This document shows, piece by piece, positions 37,173-51,309 of a stretch of 64,000 nucleotides of DNA. Under the pieces are notes generated by a model, which saw nothing but the letters and a program-made list of their open reading frames with translations, did not search any database and was not told where the DNA came from. Positions within the stretch are counted from its first letter, which is position 1. Each line of letters starts with the position of its first letter. The translations under genes and the position numbers were made by a program. The stretch covers positions 207,890 to 271,889 of the forward strand of contig MU054116.1 in the NCBI GenBank assembly GCA_013239625.1. Direction: 5' to 3'. This DNA is from Lama guanicoe. Its lineage: Eukaryota.

Positions 37173-39699
37173 TCATCAGAATTTATTATTTTAATCAATA
37201 AAATCACACTAACAAATATTTGAGTTACTACATAAGTATTAAGTGTCTACTATGTTTCAAGTGATAATTCTGGACATTGAGAATAGAAATACAAGAAATA
37301 TGGTTCCCAGTTTTTAAGAACCTCCAGTCTAGTATCATAGAGTGATATAAAAACAAATAAATTATAATCAAACTTATTAAAAGTTACTACAAAGGGATAA
37401 ATGGGATGCTGTAAAAAAGACTTGAGGCAAATAACTTCACTCTTGATTTCACGGCATTTCACTTTTGAGGTGAAATTTGAAAGGCCAAAGGAGTTTATAA
37501 CGGGAACAGTAGGAGGATGTTAATTTAGAGTGGATGGTGGAAGCCCACGAATGATGGTATTTATTGCACATTTAGGAGACAACTAGGCTTTACTGAGCCA
37601 AGAGAAAGCAAAAGAAAGAAAGTGACACTATCAAATTTGTCTTACGAGGAATATCATAGTGCAGAGAACAGGTCTACTCCTACATACAAGATGGGTGACA
37701 AGCAATTAAGCAAGAATAGCATTCAAGCAAATGGCGGTAAAGGTCTTGTGGTCCATGAGAATAGAGAGAAAGGACAGAGTTCCCAGCTTAATTCAAGTAA
37801 CTTAGTGAATAGGTGATAGAGATGAGAAAGTTTTCCAACCTGGAAGGCTGCATGGTTGATAAAGCCGTAAGTCAAAATGAAGGATTCAGGAGGAAAATAT
37901 TTGTACGTGTAATCATCACAAGTTATATCTAATTAACTTTGTTTCAGAACATAGATGAAAAAATAAACATGTAAGAGGGATTTCTCTATCAGTGTACCAA
38001 TGGACTCAGCTTTAGAAGAACATGTGAAATATGAGTCAGATAAGTTTAAAAGTCAATTTGGGCATGCGACGCAAGAAACAAAGTGAGGTTTAGACAGGAA
38101 GGTTTGGCTTTTGTCTCAAAATAATTTAAGAGCACAGACTTAGGAAAGCTCCTTAGAAGTAGCTTCTAATCAAGGATATTCTGAAATAAAGTCTGCCAAT
38201 AGTAGCCATCAGAGAGATGAAGGAGGAGGAGGAAGAAGGGGAGGGGAGTGGGAGCAGCGAAGCCAGGGAAGGTGGGGGGTGCGGAAATAAAGAGCTACTA
38301 CAGAAAAAGAAGTAAAAACTCCCCTGGAAGTTGGGGACTACAGGCCTAAGAATTGTCAGAGCTGGAAGGGAAGCCAGCAGAATCGGCAGTATCATGTCCA
38401 TAAAGCTTCAGTATTCTTCCAAAGTTTTATAAAGTGAAGTTTAAAAATCATTTCAATCTAGTAGTGCCAGAACAAAGAGGTCATATGGAGAAGGAAAGAC
38501 CGTCATACCTAATTTAGCAAGAGATGGAAGTTTTAGCCATGCAAAGTGCACACCGAATGAAATAATGAGAAAAGCAAAATCTTGAAACTGTAGGTAAAAT
38601 TATGAAATTTCAACCTTTGGCCTAGCAAGCAGTGTTTAACATGACACTTTCCACAATGGCAATCCGCCATCTGTGCTGTTTGATATTTTCCTCAGCATTA
38701 GTGTCTTGCGGTTGTTTACAGAGTTTCCCCAATCGTGTTTTAAACTCACAGATGGGAGCCTTTAACATTTTAAAGAGATCCTTTCCTTAGACCCTTCTTA
38801 GACCTGAAAGACAATTATATCCTAGATGTGTATAATCAATTATATATAATATATTTTTTCAAAGTAATAAATGCACATGCTTAAGGGCTCAAATAGTACC
38901 AACACCTATCTATGCTCAGAACATATCTTAGGTCTTCCACTTTTAATTACTTTAGCTGTTTCTTCTGCTGGTCTCATTTATGCTTTAAATAATGAGTTCA
39001 GGGAACTATTTATTGATTTGAGGTATATTTCCTGTTATAAAAGATGAGATGTCAGCCCTCTTATAAAAATCTCATCTCCAATTTCCCCATATTCTTAATA
39101 TTGCTAACATTAGATAACTTTCTAAACACTTCAATGTACTTATGTAAATAATGTTCTCTATTCACTATAAACACAAGTTGTGCCAAACAATTACATTCTT
39201 CTCTTGAACAGCTTTTTGAGTCTCTGGTAGCATCTAATTATCTTTTTATTTGGCAATATTTGCCATATCTTGCTTTCAAGTGTTTAAGTCTATTAAATAT
39301 TCTATTGAGTCCTCTTTCATCCTAAAGGCCACACGCCTAAGGCTTCCATCCTCCTACTCCATCTACACACATGGCCTTCAATACATGTTCAGCAGCTATC
39401 CGATAGTCACTGTTGGTTAATGGATTAAAATGCAAAATGAGATGTAATTTTTAATGGTATAATGGGATATAAACCCTCAACAAGAATTACAACAATGGGA
39501 GAACATTATAAAAAAGATAATAAACCAAAAACTAAGACTCAAAATAAATTTGTGTATCAGAAAATTAAACAATAAGATGTCCCAACATGTAGAAATAAGA
39601 TCCACAGATAAAGATCATCTCTTCTCAGATAAAGTTTATTTTAGATGCTACAAATACAGTAAGCATTATTGTCCGGATAAATGCTTTAAGAGGAAGTGA

Positions 39700-41900
39700 G
39701 TGGTACCCAACAATAATTGATCCAGTTAACCCAGGACACAGCATCAGTGGGGAGAGGTGGTAACAGGAAATTCTGGAAATCTTTAACAATGGTTCCCATA
39801 AACTCATGAAAATTGGATTGTGGCCAACAAGTGAATGTCTGGTCCCCTCAAAGTAAGCAGACTCCTACAGTGTACACATAAAATGTGTATATATAAAGCC
39901 TAGAATGTTCTATTGATTGCTACAAGGGTCCTCCAGTCATTTTGACCCATAGAACATATTCATTTTATGTAACTGAATAATTTTTATAGGAAAAGCCTGA
40001 AAGATGGAGATGAAAACAAACAGACTAGTGTTCATATGGTTAGTCCCATATCTGCATCTTCTTCGTTGGTTAATCCTGTGTTTTGAATTTGTTGGGTTAA
40101 GCATTTTCATTTTAATAATGAGGCCCCTGCGGCCATGCCAACTTTGCACGCTGCTGCCTCCAGGACCCAAGGCTTAATGGGCAACTGGGTGCAGAATCAC
40201 AGGCTCAGGACTTGTGGAGGCATTTATTCCAAGATGGGCCCACCATACAGCCAACATTGCCATCTTAATGGTATGTAGGAGGGTGCAGCCAAGGAAGACA
40301 GTTTTTTGCACTAGAAGCCCTTGAACAATCCACAGCCACCACGGCTGATCCAGGGACTTCAGAAGGAATGAGAAAAGGCTGTTGAAGCCTCTACAGTGAA
40401 GGAGTCTCTGTGGGAGAGGAAGGAGGACACTAATAGAAGTGCCTGTTTTATTGCAATTTAGAGCCCCCTGTTGTTGGGTGGCCCATTCAAAGTAAGCAAA
40501 TTTAGATGCAGCCATTCTGCAAAACAGTATGGAGTTTCCTCAAAAAATTAAAAATAGAAGTATCATGTGACCCAGCAATTACTCCTCTAGGTATTTAATC
40601 TGAAGAAAATGAGAACACTAACTCGAAAAGATATCTGCACCCCCATGTTCCTGCAGCACCATTTATAATAACCAAGATACGGAAACAACCTAAGTATCCA
40701 TTGACTCATGAATAATAAAGAAAATGTGATACATATACTATTCAGCCATAAAAAAGAAGGCAATCTTGCCATTTGCAACAACATGGATGGACCTTAAGGG
40801 CATTATGCTAAGTGAAATAAATCAGACAGAGAAAGACAAATACTTATATACAGAATCCCCCCCCAAAAAAATCCAAACTCATAGATACAGAGAACAGACT
40901 AGTATTTGCCAAAGGTGGGGGGGGTGGAGGTGGGAGACATGGGTGAAGAGAGTCAAAATGTACAAAATCCCAGTTATAAAACAAGTCCTGGGGATGTAAT
41001 GTACAGCATGGTGACTATGGTAATAGTACTGTCCTGCGTATTTGAAAGTTGCTAAGAGAGTGGATCTTACCACAAAAAAAAAATTTTTTTAATGATGTGT
41101 GGTGACAGACTTACGGAGGTGATCATTTTGTAATATACATAAATATCAAGTTATTATGTTGTATTAATGTAATGTTGTAGTCAACTATACTTCCATAAAT
41201 AAATAGATAAATAAATAATAAATAAATAAATGGAAAAAGGAAAAATAAAACAAAGGGAGTTAATTTTTGAGCAACAGCATAACTGACTAAAGTAAAATTT
41301 GTAAGTGGGGAACATATTGCCTCTGAAACCCAAATAAGCACAGTAAATGACTAAGTGCTGGTGAAAGGGTAGAATCGGTTCCTTACATCAAGTGTGAATT
41401 ATCTCTGACAAGTAATGTTCAGAAATTTTACTGAAGTAACAGGGCCTTGAATTTTACATGCTGCAATGGCCCAACCCTGACTGGAAAGTTCTATGACAAG
41501 TGTTTGTGTATCCCATTTGACTGTATCATTTGAATTTCTTTGCAGAAGGATGTTATCAATGTAATGTCACAGCTCTGTTCCTGGAACGAGTTTGACGTGG
41601 TTAAGGTTTTGCCTGCAAAGTTATGTGCATTGTCAGGGCTGTTGACATATCCCATGGGGAGGTGAATGAAAATGTACTGTTCCTTCAAAAGTGAAGGCAA
41701 ATTGCTTCTGAGAAGCTGTAGAACTATATGCACACCAGAACGTATTAGCCAAATCTATAACAGCAAAATATTTTCCAGTTGCTGATTGGATTAATTTCAA
41801 TAATATTAGGTATGCAGGTCTTAATGGATGATACCATGGCATTAAGTGGTAATCCACTGTGAAGTGACATTCATTTATATCAGGTTTGAGCACTGCCCAA
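39700..41900 (-). mobile_element. Degenerate ERV-L (class III) pol remnant, interrupted by an L1
   Basis: Frameshifted RT motifs on the minus strand: TVDY, YFAVIDLANTF, SQKQFAFTFEG, QYIFIHLPMGYVNSP. The left boundary is uncertain. Confidence 0.7.
40508..41250 (+). mobile_element. L1 3' end (ORF2 terminus, 3' UTR, (AAAT)n tail)
   Basis: PFATTWMDLKGIMLSEINQTEKDKY peptide and typical 3' UTR. Confidence 0.9.
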
Positions 41901-42044
41901 ACTGGGTTATTAAAGGGAGAAATAGGAACAATGTCTCGGGTAAAAGCATACCAGTCCCCGGGGTTCTCACTCCACTGTTCCCAACATCACAAACCTCATG
42001 GCTGGGACAGATTCTCTCATGGAGCCCTTCATGGTCTCTCAGGA

Positions 42045-42156
42045 ACTTCTCTCCTCAGCCAGGTCTATTTGCACCTTTTGAACTTGGGTCCATAGGGCAT
42101 CTTTAGCTTCTTTAGGAAATTGATCCCCTGTGCCTGCTCTAAAAAGAACAAATAAA
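42045..42156 (+). promoter_or_regulatory. Putative promoter module of the OR at 43977-44906
   Basis: GGGTCCATAGGGC O/E-like site (42086), GATCCCCTGTGC, AATAAA at the TATA position (42151); closely similar to 34215-34304. Acceptor CTTTAG at 43957-43958. Confidence 0.6.
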
Positions 42157-43976
42157 TTCTGCATCACTCTGGCTACAGTAGGAACTGCAAAGAAGCCCAT
42201 AGCCTGCCTTCCAAGGACTCTGCGATAATCTCTCTTAGAACAGAATTATTAAGGAATTTTGGTCTATTAAAGGCCTCTCTTCGAATCCTATCATTGCCAG
42301 GGAAGGGGGCTTATTTGCTTATTTATTTGTTTTTTTTTTAATACATATGCAGCAGTCTGTTTCTCAGGAACTATGGTTTGATTCCAGTTTGGAGTCACAA
42401 AACGGAAGGTAATTCACTTCCTTCCTAGTTAAGTCCCACAACCTTGGGTCCTCCTATTAAGAGTAGAACAGAATGTGGATGGAGGCCAACAGAAAACATG
42501 CTAAATTCTATACCACTCGGAGACTCATGTGGCACATCTCATCTTCGACACACCTCTTAGGAACAACAAGGTAAACAACCCACTGCAGTCATTCAGACTG
42601 TTGAGGCTGTGAGCACGGTAGATTCTTAAAGTCAGTGATGTTATTATTCTATGTACGTGGATCGTGAAATCCATCAACTGTGAAAATCTGGATGAAAATG
42701 CAGAACTTGCCAAAGATGACACGTTAGTACAGACAAGGAAGGCATGGCTGTAGGGGATAGCAGTCAATGTTTAATATCGCCTAGTGCCTCCAAAAGCTGT
42801 ATGGAATAACGGGGAGACTGACAAGAATGACTGTGAGGATATGATTTTTTTTTACCAATATGCATGTGAGTTTGAGGGGCTTTTTATTGTCTTTGTTTCT
42901 TAATCAGAAAAATCTAAAGATGCACATAGGATCCCACCACCAGAGTTTCCTCCCTTAGGGATTACCAACGTGTCTACAAAGGACTCTTATTGTCAGAAAC
43001 ATTAATTTCCCTCTTCCTGGTTTCTGTATGCCAAGAAAATTTGAGGCATGATAAATGATCACCCTTAGTTTGCCGCTGAGGGACTCTTTGAGACTTTAAG
43101 CAAAATCTACTCTGAGACGCCGTCTGTAGATCTCTTGAGATCTCTATTCTCAGAGATATATCCCAAGTCAGTGTGTAGGAGACTTTGAAAATGGCAGAGG
43201 AACATAAGTGCTAACTGATATGATTTACTAATGCCTGAGACCTGTCCGTGTAGTCACAAAGCTCCCAAAATAAAATGAGAGTATTGAACCAAAGATCATA
43301 AAGTCCTAAAGCCCTATTACAAATTCATCCTACAAAAGAAGTAGGGGTGTAGGAAAAATCAATTATGCATCAAGATCTTCAGCATTACCTTCTTGGGGAA
43401 ATTACTATTGGCTGCTGAAATAAGGGAGTCAGAGATTTCTACAGTAACAGAGATGAGGCTCCATGGCAGACGTCCACTGAAGCCTCAGATAGTGCAGGGG
43501 GAGGGGAAAGTGCAGAGAGGGGGGGAGCACAGTGAGGGGAGAGGGAAGCACAGAAAACAGCATCAGACAGAGATGTTTCTACCAAGTGCCCAGGAATATG
43601 AGACTCACAGTCAGAGAAAAGTGACTTACATGTGAAGATTTCATAAACATTTAAGGAAGTAAAGATAAGATGGGTTCAAAAATTTCTTCTTCTGAAAAAA
43701 ATTGACTAATTACTCTGTAGTAAATTCTGTTAAGTGTCCAGGAATGGATCAGCTTGAAGAATTACAAAGACGTAAGGAATAAGGTCACTTACGTGGGAGG
43801 TGTGGGGCTTCATGGAGCCAAGTTCAGTCCAATGGGACAGTGGTTTGGGCCAACTGGACGGAGAGTTATATTTGACCTAATTCTGTTGATTACAATCAGC
43901 TTTATTTCTCCAATCCTGAGAAACTTTGGTTTTCCCCATGCTCACCTTTTCCCTTTAGATCTACTAGAGGTCAACA

Positions 43977-44906
43977 ATGAAAAACCGAACCACAATTACT
44001 GAGTTTATTCTGTTGGGCCTCACAAATCAACCAGAACTCCAGGTGGTGATATTCATCTTTCTGTTCCTCACCTACATGCTGAGTGTCCTGGAAAATCTGA
44101 CTATCATCATACTCACTCTGGTGGACCCCCACCTCCAGACTCCCATGTATTTCTTCCTCCGGAATTTCTCCTTCTTAGAAATTTCCTTCACGTCCATTTT
44201 TATTCCCAGATTTCTAACCAGCTTGACAACGGGAAATAAAGTCATCAGCTTTGCTGGCTGCTTGACTCAATATTTTTTTGCTATACTTCTTGGGGCCACA
44301 GAGTTTTACCTCCTGGCTTCTATGTCCTATGACCGCTACGTGGCCATCTGCAAGCCCCTGCACTACCTGACCATCATGAGTAGCCGAGTCTGCGTCCAGC
44401 TCGTGTTCTGCTCCTGGCTGGGGGGGTTCCTAGCTATCTTTCCCCCAATCATCTTGATGAGTCAGGTGGACTTCTGTGCTTCCAATGTTCTGAATCACTA
44501 CTACTGTGACTATGGGCCCCTCCTGGAGCTTGCCTGCTCAGACACAAGCCTCTTAGAACTGATGGTCATCTTCTTGGCAGTTGTGACCCTGGTGGTTACT
44601 CTGGTGCTGGTGACACTTTCTTATACATACATTATCAGGACCATTCTGAGGATCCCTTCTGCCCAGCAAAGGACAAAGGCTTTTTCCACATGTTCTTCCC
44701 ACATGATTGTCATCTCCCTCTCTTACGGCAGCTGCATGTTTATGTACATTAATCCTTCTGCAAAAGAAGAAGGTGTTTTCAACAAAGGAATAGCTGTGCT
44801 CATTACCTCAATTACTCCCTTGTTAAACCCTTTCATTTACACTCTAAGAAATCAGCAAGTGAAGCAAGCATTCAAGGACAACATCAAAAAGATCGTGAAG
44901 CTTTAA
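43977..44906 (+). CDS. OR6C4: Olfactory receptor 6C4 (probable ortholog), 309 aa
   Basis: Closely matches human OR6C4 as recalled (MKNRT...[45 protein letters not shown]). Confidence 0.85.
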   Translation: MKNRTTITEFILLGLTNQPELQVVIFIFLFLTYMLSVLENLTIIILTLVDPHLQTPMYFFLRNFSFLEISFTSIFIPRFLTSLTTGNKVISFAGCLTQYFFAILLGATEFYLLASMSYDRYVAICKPLHYLTIMSSRVCVQLVFCSWLGGFLAIFPPIILMSQVDFCASNVLNHYYCDYGPLLELACSDTSLLELMVIFLAVVTLVVTLVLVTLSYTYIIRTILRIPSAQQRTKAFSTCSSHMIVISLSYGSCMFMYINPSAKEEGVFNKGIAVLITSITPLLNPFIYTLRNQQVKQAFKDNIKKIVKL

Positions 44907-45088
44907 ATATATATATTTATATATTTATATCTCAAGGAAACACATTTCACTTAATAAATATGTATTGAATGTCTACTGTATTTTTGCAAGTGCTGAACCA
45001 GCACTTGAGGATAAAAGTATAAAAGGCATATGCCCTAATTTCAAGGAATCTATGCTCTAATGTGATAGAAATGTGTACAAACTGTAAG

Positions 45089-46266
45089 TTGATGTCATAA
45101 GTTTACAAAAAATAAAATAATATGGGAAGTGTTATTAGAGAAAGATGACTGAGAATCCCTGAAAAGAACAATTGGAAAGAATTAACTGTTTTCTGGAAAT
45201 TACTTGAAATTTAAGAGGCAAAACATCCTGCTTATTTAGGAGAGTGGGAAGGTAAAAATTTAGAGCAAGAAAGAGAGGCCAGATCATTAAGGTGTTTATT
45301 AAAAAGTGTGGAGTTAGCTGGATATTGGTGAGTCAAGAGACGTTTAAGAAAGGAGGTGATGTTACCAGCATTGTCTGGAAGGAGGTCTAGCATGGGCACT
45401 GCTCTTCACTGTGGAGCACTGGAGACCATGCTTCTATCAAAGTGTTAACATTTTTTACTCTCCTTTCCTCTTTCATTTATTTTTCAACTGTGGCCATTGC
45501 AACTTCCATCCTCCCATAAAGAAAAAAGGCTTTACATTTCATCCACTTTTCTCCAAATGAGGTGAAAATTCTCAAGATTTTGTCAGCTTACACATTTGTT
45601 TTCTATAAGTTATGGTTAGGTTTCTAAAGGAAAGGTTAGAATCCTCTCACTTCTCCTATTGGTGCTTTTCATAAGCTGACATTTTTTAAGGTAATGAGTC
45701 ATCGACTCTTTCTCTTTGCTAGTCTCTGATAATTCTTTTTCTATTGTAATTTTATTTTCATCTTTTTGCTTATTTTGTTAGGTATTATAAAGGACAACTT
45801 CTGTGATATAACTTCATTCTTTTAACTTGTTCCCAAATTTTTGCTTTTTTTTTTAAACATAAGCCATGGATAACTATTTCATAAAGTGGGAAAGAATATA
45901 AGGTATTCATACAGTTTTATATCTAGAATGTTCCAAATTATGAGTCTTTGCAGCCAACTCTACCTACCCTACCAAGACTACCCTATCAATAACTCTACAC
46001 ATGGAGTCAAAGGGAGAGCAAATTCAATTTGAATCAGCGTCAATGGAACAGGACATTTTGGAAATCTGAGTACTTGTACTTTGGTAATATCCTAATTCAT
46101 TGCAGAATGCTGATTACTGTTTGGGGTACAATAGAACATCATCTGATGTGTTCACACCTTTTATATGTGGTAATAACATTGAATGGAATGATGCTCCTCA
46201 AGCACTTTAGGAACAAACTGTATTAGACTGATCATGACAGCAAACTCCCAGAACCCCAGAAAGCAT
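45089..46266 (+). repeat. Copy 1 of a ~1.2-kb near-identical direct duplication (copy 2 at 47183-48336)
   Basis: Base-by-base match with about a dozen substitutions and a few small indels. Confidence 0.95.
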
Positions 46267-46494
46267 TGAAGAGTGTGTAATATTTTTATTAAATGGCCTT
46301 TTATATAAAGCCATTGCTGTTTTGAATATCTAGGTTTCTTGGTGGATAAGCTAGAGATTAGTGATGACTTTCAATTTATTCCAACTTCACTGAACTGTTA
46401 ATTAATAGAGAAATGTTCTTAAACAATCACACCTGAATCATTAAGTTCCCCGAAATCCACATTGCTACCAAAACCTATGATGAAGTGGGAGACA

Positions 46495-46700
46495 ATGCCA
46501 CACAGTGGTTGAAAATACAGGCTTTCGTTCAAATCCCAGATTCTCAACCTTCTACCCAAGTCTCCTTGCAACAGTTTTTCACCTCTCTAACGCTTACTTT
46601 TCTCAACTCTAAAATGTGGATAATAATAGTGTCTATCTTATAGGATAGTTTTGAGCATCAAATGACATCGTAAGTATTAAAAAAATTATAGCCATTATTT
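46495..46700 (+). mobile_element. MIR SINE
   Basis: gttcaaatcccag...ctctaaaatgtggataataatagtgtctatcttataggatagttttgagcatcaaatga. Confidence 0.7.
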
Positions 46701-46975
46701 ATTGTTTAATAAATGCTATCCATTATAACAGTATGGTAATAATAACCAATGTCCTTTTCAAGAAAGTCAGGTTTAACTGGTAAGAATAGGTATTAAATTG
46801 TTCAGTTTAACCTAAAGGGGACTCTAAAGATGTTGGCCATTCTACTTGCCGCAAGGCCAGCTTGTTTCCATTCCTCTTCTGTCCAGCTGCATCCTTAGAC
46901 AGCCAGGTCAGTGAAGGTCTAACCCGCACTTCAGATAAAGCCAATCAGAACACCCGGCAGCGGACTGTTAGGACT

Positions 46976-47182
46976 NNNNNNNNNNNNNNNNNNNNNNNNN
47001 NNNNNNNNNNNNNNNNNNNNNNNNNNNNNNNNNNNNNNNNNNNNNNNNNNNNNNNNNNNNNNNNNNNNNNNNNNNNNNNNNNNNNNNNNNNNNNNNNNNN
47101 NNNNNNNNNNNNNNNNNNNNNNNNNNNNNNNNNNNNNNNNNNNNNNNNNNNNNNNNNNNNNNNNNNNNNNNNNNNNNNNNNN
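46976..47182. other. Assembly gap (207 N)
   Basis: N run. Confidence 1.
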
Positions 47183-48336
47183 TTGATGTCATAAGTTTAC
47201 AAAAAATAAAATAATATGGTAAGTGTTATTAGAGAAAGATGACTGAGAATCCCTGAAAAGAACAATTGGAAAGAATTAACTGTTTTCTGGAAATTACTTG
47301 AAATTTAAGAGGCAAAACATCCTGCTTATTTAGGAGAGTGGGAAGGTAAAAATTTAGAGCAAGAAAGAGAGGCCAGATCATAAAGGTGTTTATTAAAAAG
47401 TGTGGAGTTAGCTGGATATTGGTGAGTCAAGAGACGTTTAAGAAAGGAGGTGATGTTACCAGCATTGTCTGGAAGGAGGTCTAGCGTGGGCACTGCTCTT
47501 CACTGTGGAGCGCTGGAGACCATGCTTCTATCAAAGTGTTAACATTTTTTATTCTCCTTTCCTCTTTCATTTATTTTTCAACTGTGGCCATTGCAACTTC
47601 CATCCTCCCATAAAGAAAAAAGGCTTTACATTTCATCCACTTTTCTCCAAATGAGGTGAAAATTCTCAAGATTTTGTCAGCTTACACATTTGTTTTCTAT
47701 AAGTTATGGTTAGGTTTCTAAAGGAAAGGTTAGAATCCTCTCACTTCTCCTATTGGTGCTTTTCATAAGCTGACATTTTTTAAGGTAATGAGTCATCGAC
47801 TCTTCCTCTTTGCTAGTCTCTGATAATTCTTTTTCTATTGTAATTTTATTTTCATCTTTTTGCTTACTTTGTTAGGAATTATAGAGGACAACTTCTGTGA
47901 TATAACTTCATTCTTTTAACTTGTTCCCAAATTTTTGCTTTTTTTAAAACATAAGCCATGGATAACTATTTCATGAAGTGGAAAAGAATATAAGGTATTC
48001 ATACAGTTTTATATCTAGAATGTTCCAAATTATGAGTCTTTGCAGCCAACTCTACCTACCCTACCAAGACTACCCTATCAATAACTCTACACATGGAGTC
48101 AAAGGGAGAGCAAATTCAATTTGAATCAGCGTCAATGGAACAGGACATTTTGGAAATCTGAGTACTTGTACTTTGGTAATATCCTAATTCATTGCAGAAT
48201 GCTGATTACTGTTTGATCTGATGTGTCCTTTTATATGTGGTAATAACATTGAATGGAATGATGCTCCTCAAGCACTTTAGGAACAAACTGTATTAGACTG
48301 ATCATGACAGCAAACTCCCAGAACCCCAGAAAGCAT
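47183..48336 (+). repeat. Copy 2 of the ~1.2-kb duplication, ending at a SINE 3' tail (~48337-48392)
   Basis: Matches 45089-46266, then switches to aaataaataaaataaacctagttacctcccccc. Confidence 0.95.
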
Positions 48337-50766
48337 AGCATTAAACAAATAAATAAATAAAATAAACCTAGTTACCTCCCCCCCAAAGAAAATCAGACCT
48401 GATAAACTCTCCCATAAAGCAACAGAAAACAATAAAGATATTAAAACAATAATGATATTAAATTAGGTAGGTAGATAGATAAATAGGCACCAAAAGACCA
48501 TTGTAGATGCCAAAATCCAGAGAATAAGCATTGCAGGTGAAGAGAAGAGAAAAAAATGAAATAATAATATATTTCCTATACTAGAGAAAGACGGGTATGT
48601 CTGAGTACGCTGAGACAAGCTAGATAGAGAAAATTTACACCTCAAGAAACCAGACATTTAAATGTGATAGTAAAATAAAAGAATGGCTTAGAAGGCTTAC
48701 TGCACAAAGAACACATTCAAAACACTTCTAAAAGAAAACTCAAATAAAAGGATAAATAAACAGAAGGATGATGCAAATAATATGAAACATAAAAATTACA
48801 ATGTAACATATTAATTACATAATGTGTATTTTTAACTTTTAAAAAAGGGAGACTCAAAGATGAATAAAAGAAAATCTATATTCAAAGCAGAACTAAAATT
48901 CTAGAAAACATGTAAACAGTGGGGTTGCAAAGAAAGACCAAAGTAACGTACAGAAATGGTAATATATTTGTTGTGATCCAAGAAAGAAATAGAAATGCCT
49001 AAGTTTAAGAAATCAGTAGATGAAAATAAACAAAACTGAATCTTAAGGTATCCATCCTAAAAATAAAATATAATTTACAACTCAACAAAACAAAAAGTAC
49101 CCACCCAATGAGAGACAGGAAAAGATTTTTTAAAGTAGTAACCAGTGGAAAAAATGGCATATATACAATAAGATGGCAGACATCAGTCCTATTATATAAC
49201 AATCATCATGGAAAGAGCATATCAGTGACTCCCATAAGGAAAGACACAGAACTCAAACTGGGTTAAAAGCAATAACAAATAAATCCAGGAATGTATCGTA
49301 TATAATAGACACACTTAAGTCTATTTTACCAAAAATATAAATTTTACTTTCATGTATTCTGGTAATTAAGGGTTAGAACTGAAAATAGCACTTTGGTTCT
49401 ACAGAAGGAGTTAGAAGTTACTATTAAAGTTTCAGAAAGTTGTTTAAAAATAAGACATTTTATTCAAAATGCAAAATTTCATTCATACCTATTTGTATGC
49501 TAAAGCAGTCATTTGCTTGAATGTAACTAATTGATGAAATGGAATGGACAGAAAGTGTTAATTTGGTGCTTTGTTTGTCTAGAGCCCAGGATTTCCTACC
49601 ACGTATCACTAAGGAAATACCTGGACTTCATTCATCACAATGAATAAATGATAGATAAATACCATCCCTCCCAAAAAAAGACTAACTGACCTGATTGGAG
49701 GGTGGTATGTAAAATTATTTAGATGATTTTCTGAAGGACACCTGCTTTTACCATCTCTTTAATCAATATAGTAATTTCTTTCGCCCCTACTATCCTTCAC
49801 AGATTTACATTAACCACATGTCTGGGTCAGGGGTGGTCAGAGGTACACAGGTGATGCACTCATCCCATTGCCACTGTCCTAATGGTAGCAGTTGCTTATT
49901 GGAAACATTCCACATGAACAGGAGAAGTATTTCACATGCTTAAAACATCTAGTTCCAAAATACATTCAGAGTAGCAGCTACAACCACTTGGATATAAAAT
50001 GCCCAACAAATATTTTGACTATCAGCCCATTGCTGGAAGACTTTGTGAAAACAAATGCACAAAACTGCAGATGGTCCAAAATGCTGACAAACATCAGTTA
50101 ATTTCAAGGACCCCAGTGGTGGGGGCCGTTCTTAACTGATATCCTAAATCTTGCAACTTTATTTCTACTCTGATGATCAAAAGCAAATTATAAGCCCAGC
50201 CAAGTTAAAGAGAGAGAAAAGAAATCATGTGCCCTGATGGAGACACTGACACTGTTTTCTTTCAAGATTTTTTGAACATATTGTACCTACAGAAAGGAAA
50301 AAAATCTCAAAATTCTAAAGCCTAAGACTTTCCATTCAGGTCTCTCAAATGACCGGCACAGCTTCCCCGGCCTCACAAGACCACCAGTGTCCAGCCGGGT
50401 CCCTGCAGCCCACCACCCAGGCAAAGCACTTTACCTTATTTGTTAATACCTGTTGCTGTGTAACATTGTCACCCCAAATTTTAGCGGAAAAGATAAATTT
50501 TTATCACTATTGTTGTGAGAGGAGACAGGACAGCTGGATGGCTCTCACATGGGCCTTTCATTTAGTTGCAATTGGAGGTGATGGCATTTGGAATCATGTA
50601 AAGGCTCAACTGAGCTGATGTCCAAGATGACTTTAGGTCACAGGTCACTACAGCTAAGACGGCTGAATGAGACGGGGGCTAACCAAGTCTCTCTCTCTCT
50701 ACTCGCCTCTGCAAGGCTGGCTTGGGCGTCCTCGTTGCACGGCAATCTCACAGTATTTGAACTTTT

Positions 50767-50881
50767 GTTGTTGGGAGGTGGGGAGTGATTTTTTTTTTTT
50801 TTAATGGAGGTACTGGGGACTGAACCCAGGACCTTGTGCATGCGGGGCATGCGCTCTACCACTGAGCTATACTCTCCCTCC
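50767..50881 (-). mobile_element. tRNA-derived SINE (Vic-1-like)
   Basis: Minus strand has A box tagctcagtgg and B box ggttcagtccc; 9-bp TSD TGAACTTTT (50758-50766, 50882-50890). Confidence 0.9.
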
Positions 50882-50938
50882 TGAACTTTTTCATGACTCC
50901 TGGATCCCCACAAAGCATATGTTCCAAGAAAAAAAAGG

Positions 50939-50982
50939 NNNNNNNNNNNNNNNNNNNNNNNNNNNNNNNNNNNNNNNNNNNN
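50939..50982. other. Assembly gap (44 N)
   Basis: N run. Confidence 1.
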
Positions 50983-51309
50983 GGGAGAAGCTACAAGTCT
51001 CCAATGATCTAATCTCTGAAGTGGCACAACTTCACTTTTACAACTAAAGTCAAACTCAAGTCACAGAGCCAGTCAAGATCAAAGGGGAGAGGAAAGAAAC
51101 TACCCCCCACAGTCATGAAGCTGAAAAGGACCTCAAGGGCCACCAGGGCCAAGAGGCAAAGCAGCCGTCTACAGTCAGTCCTTCCTCCCACAGCTCTGCC
51201 TTTTCAAGAATCTCAGCCCCTCTCACCCTCATCGTTTCAAACACAGTCTGATTGTAAGTCAGTAACTTTTGTATTTCACTTGTATTTGCTGGTTGCTTTG
51301 AGATAATTA

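Larger units (their letters stand above)
50450..51115. mobile_element. MaLR LTR (MLT1-type) interrupted by a SINE and a gap
   Basis: tgttgctgtgtaac...ccccaaa, gtccaagatgac, agtcacagagccagtcaagatcaaaggggaga motifs. Confidence 0.55.

Noticed and set aside
46862..47194. ORFs spanning N runs (also 50638-51027 and 62611-62898)
   Set aside because: Artifacts of translating assembly gaps.
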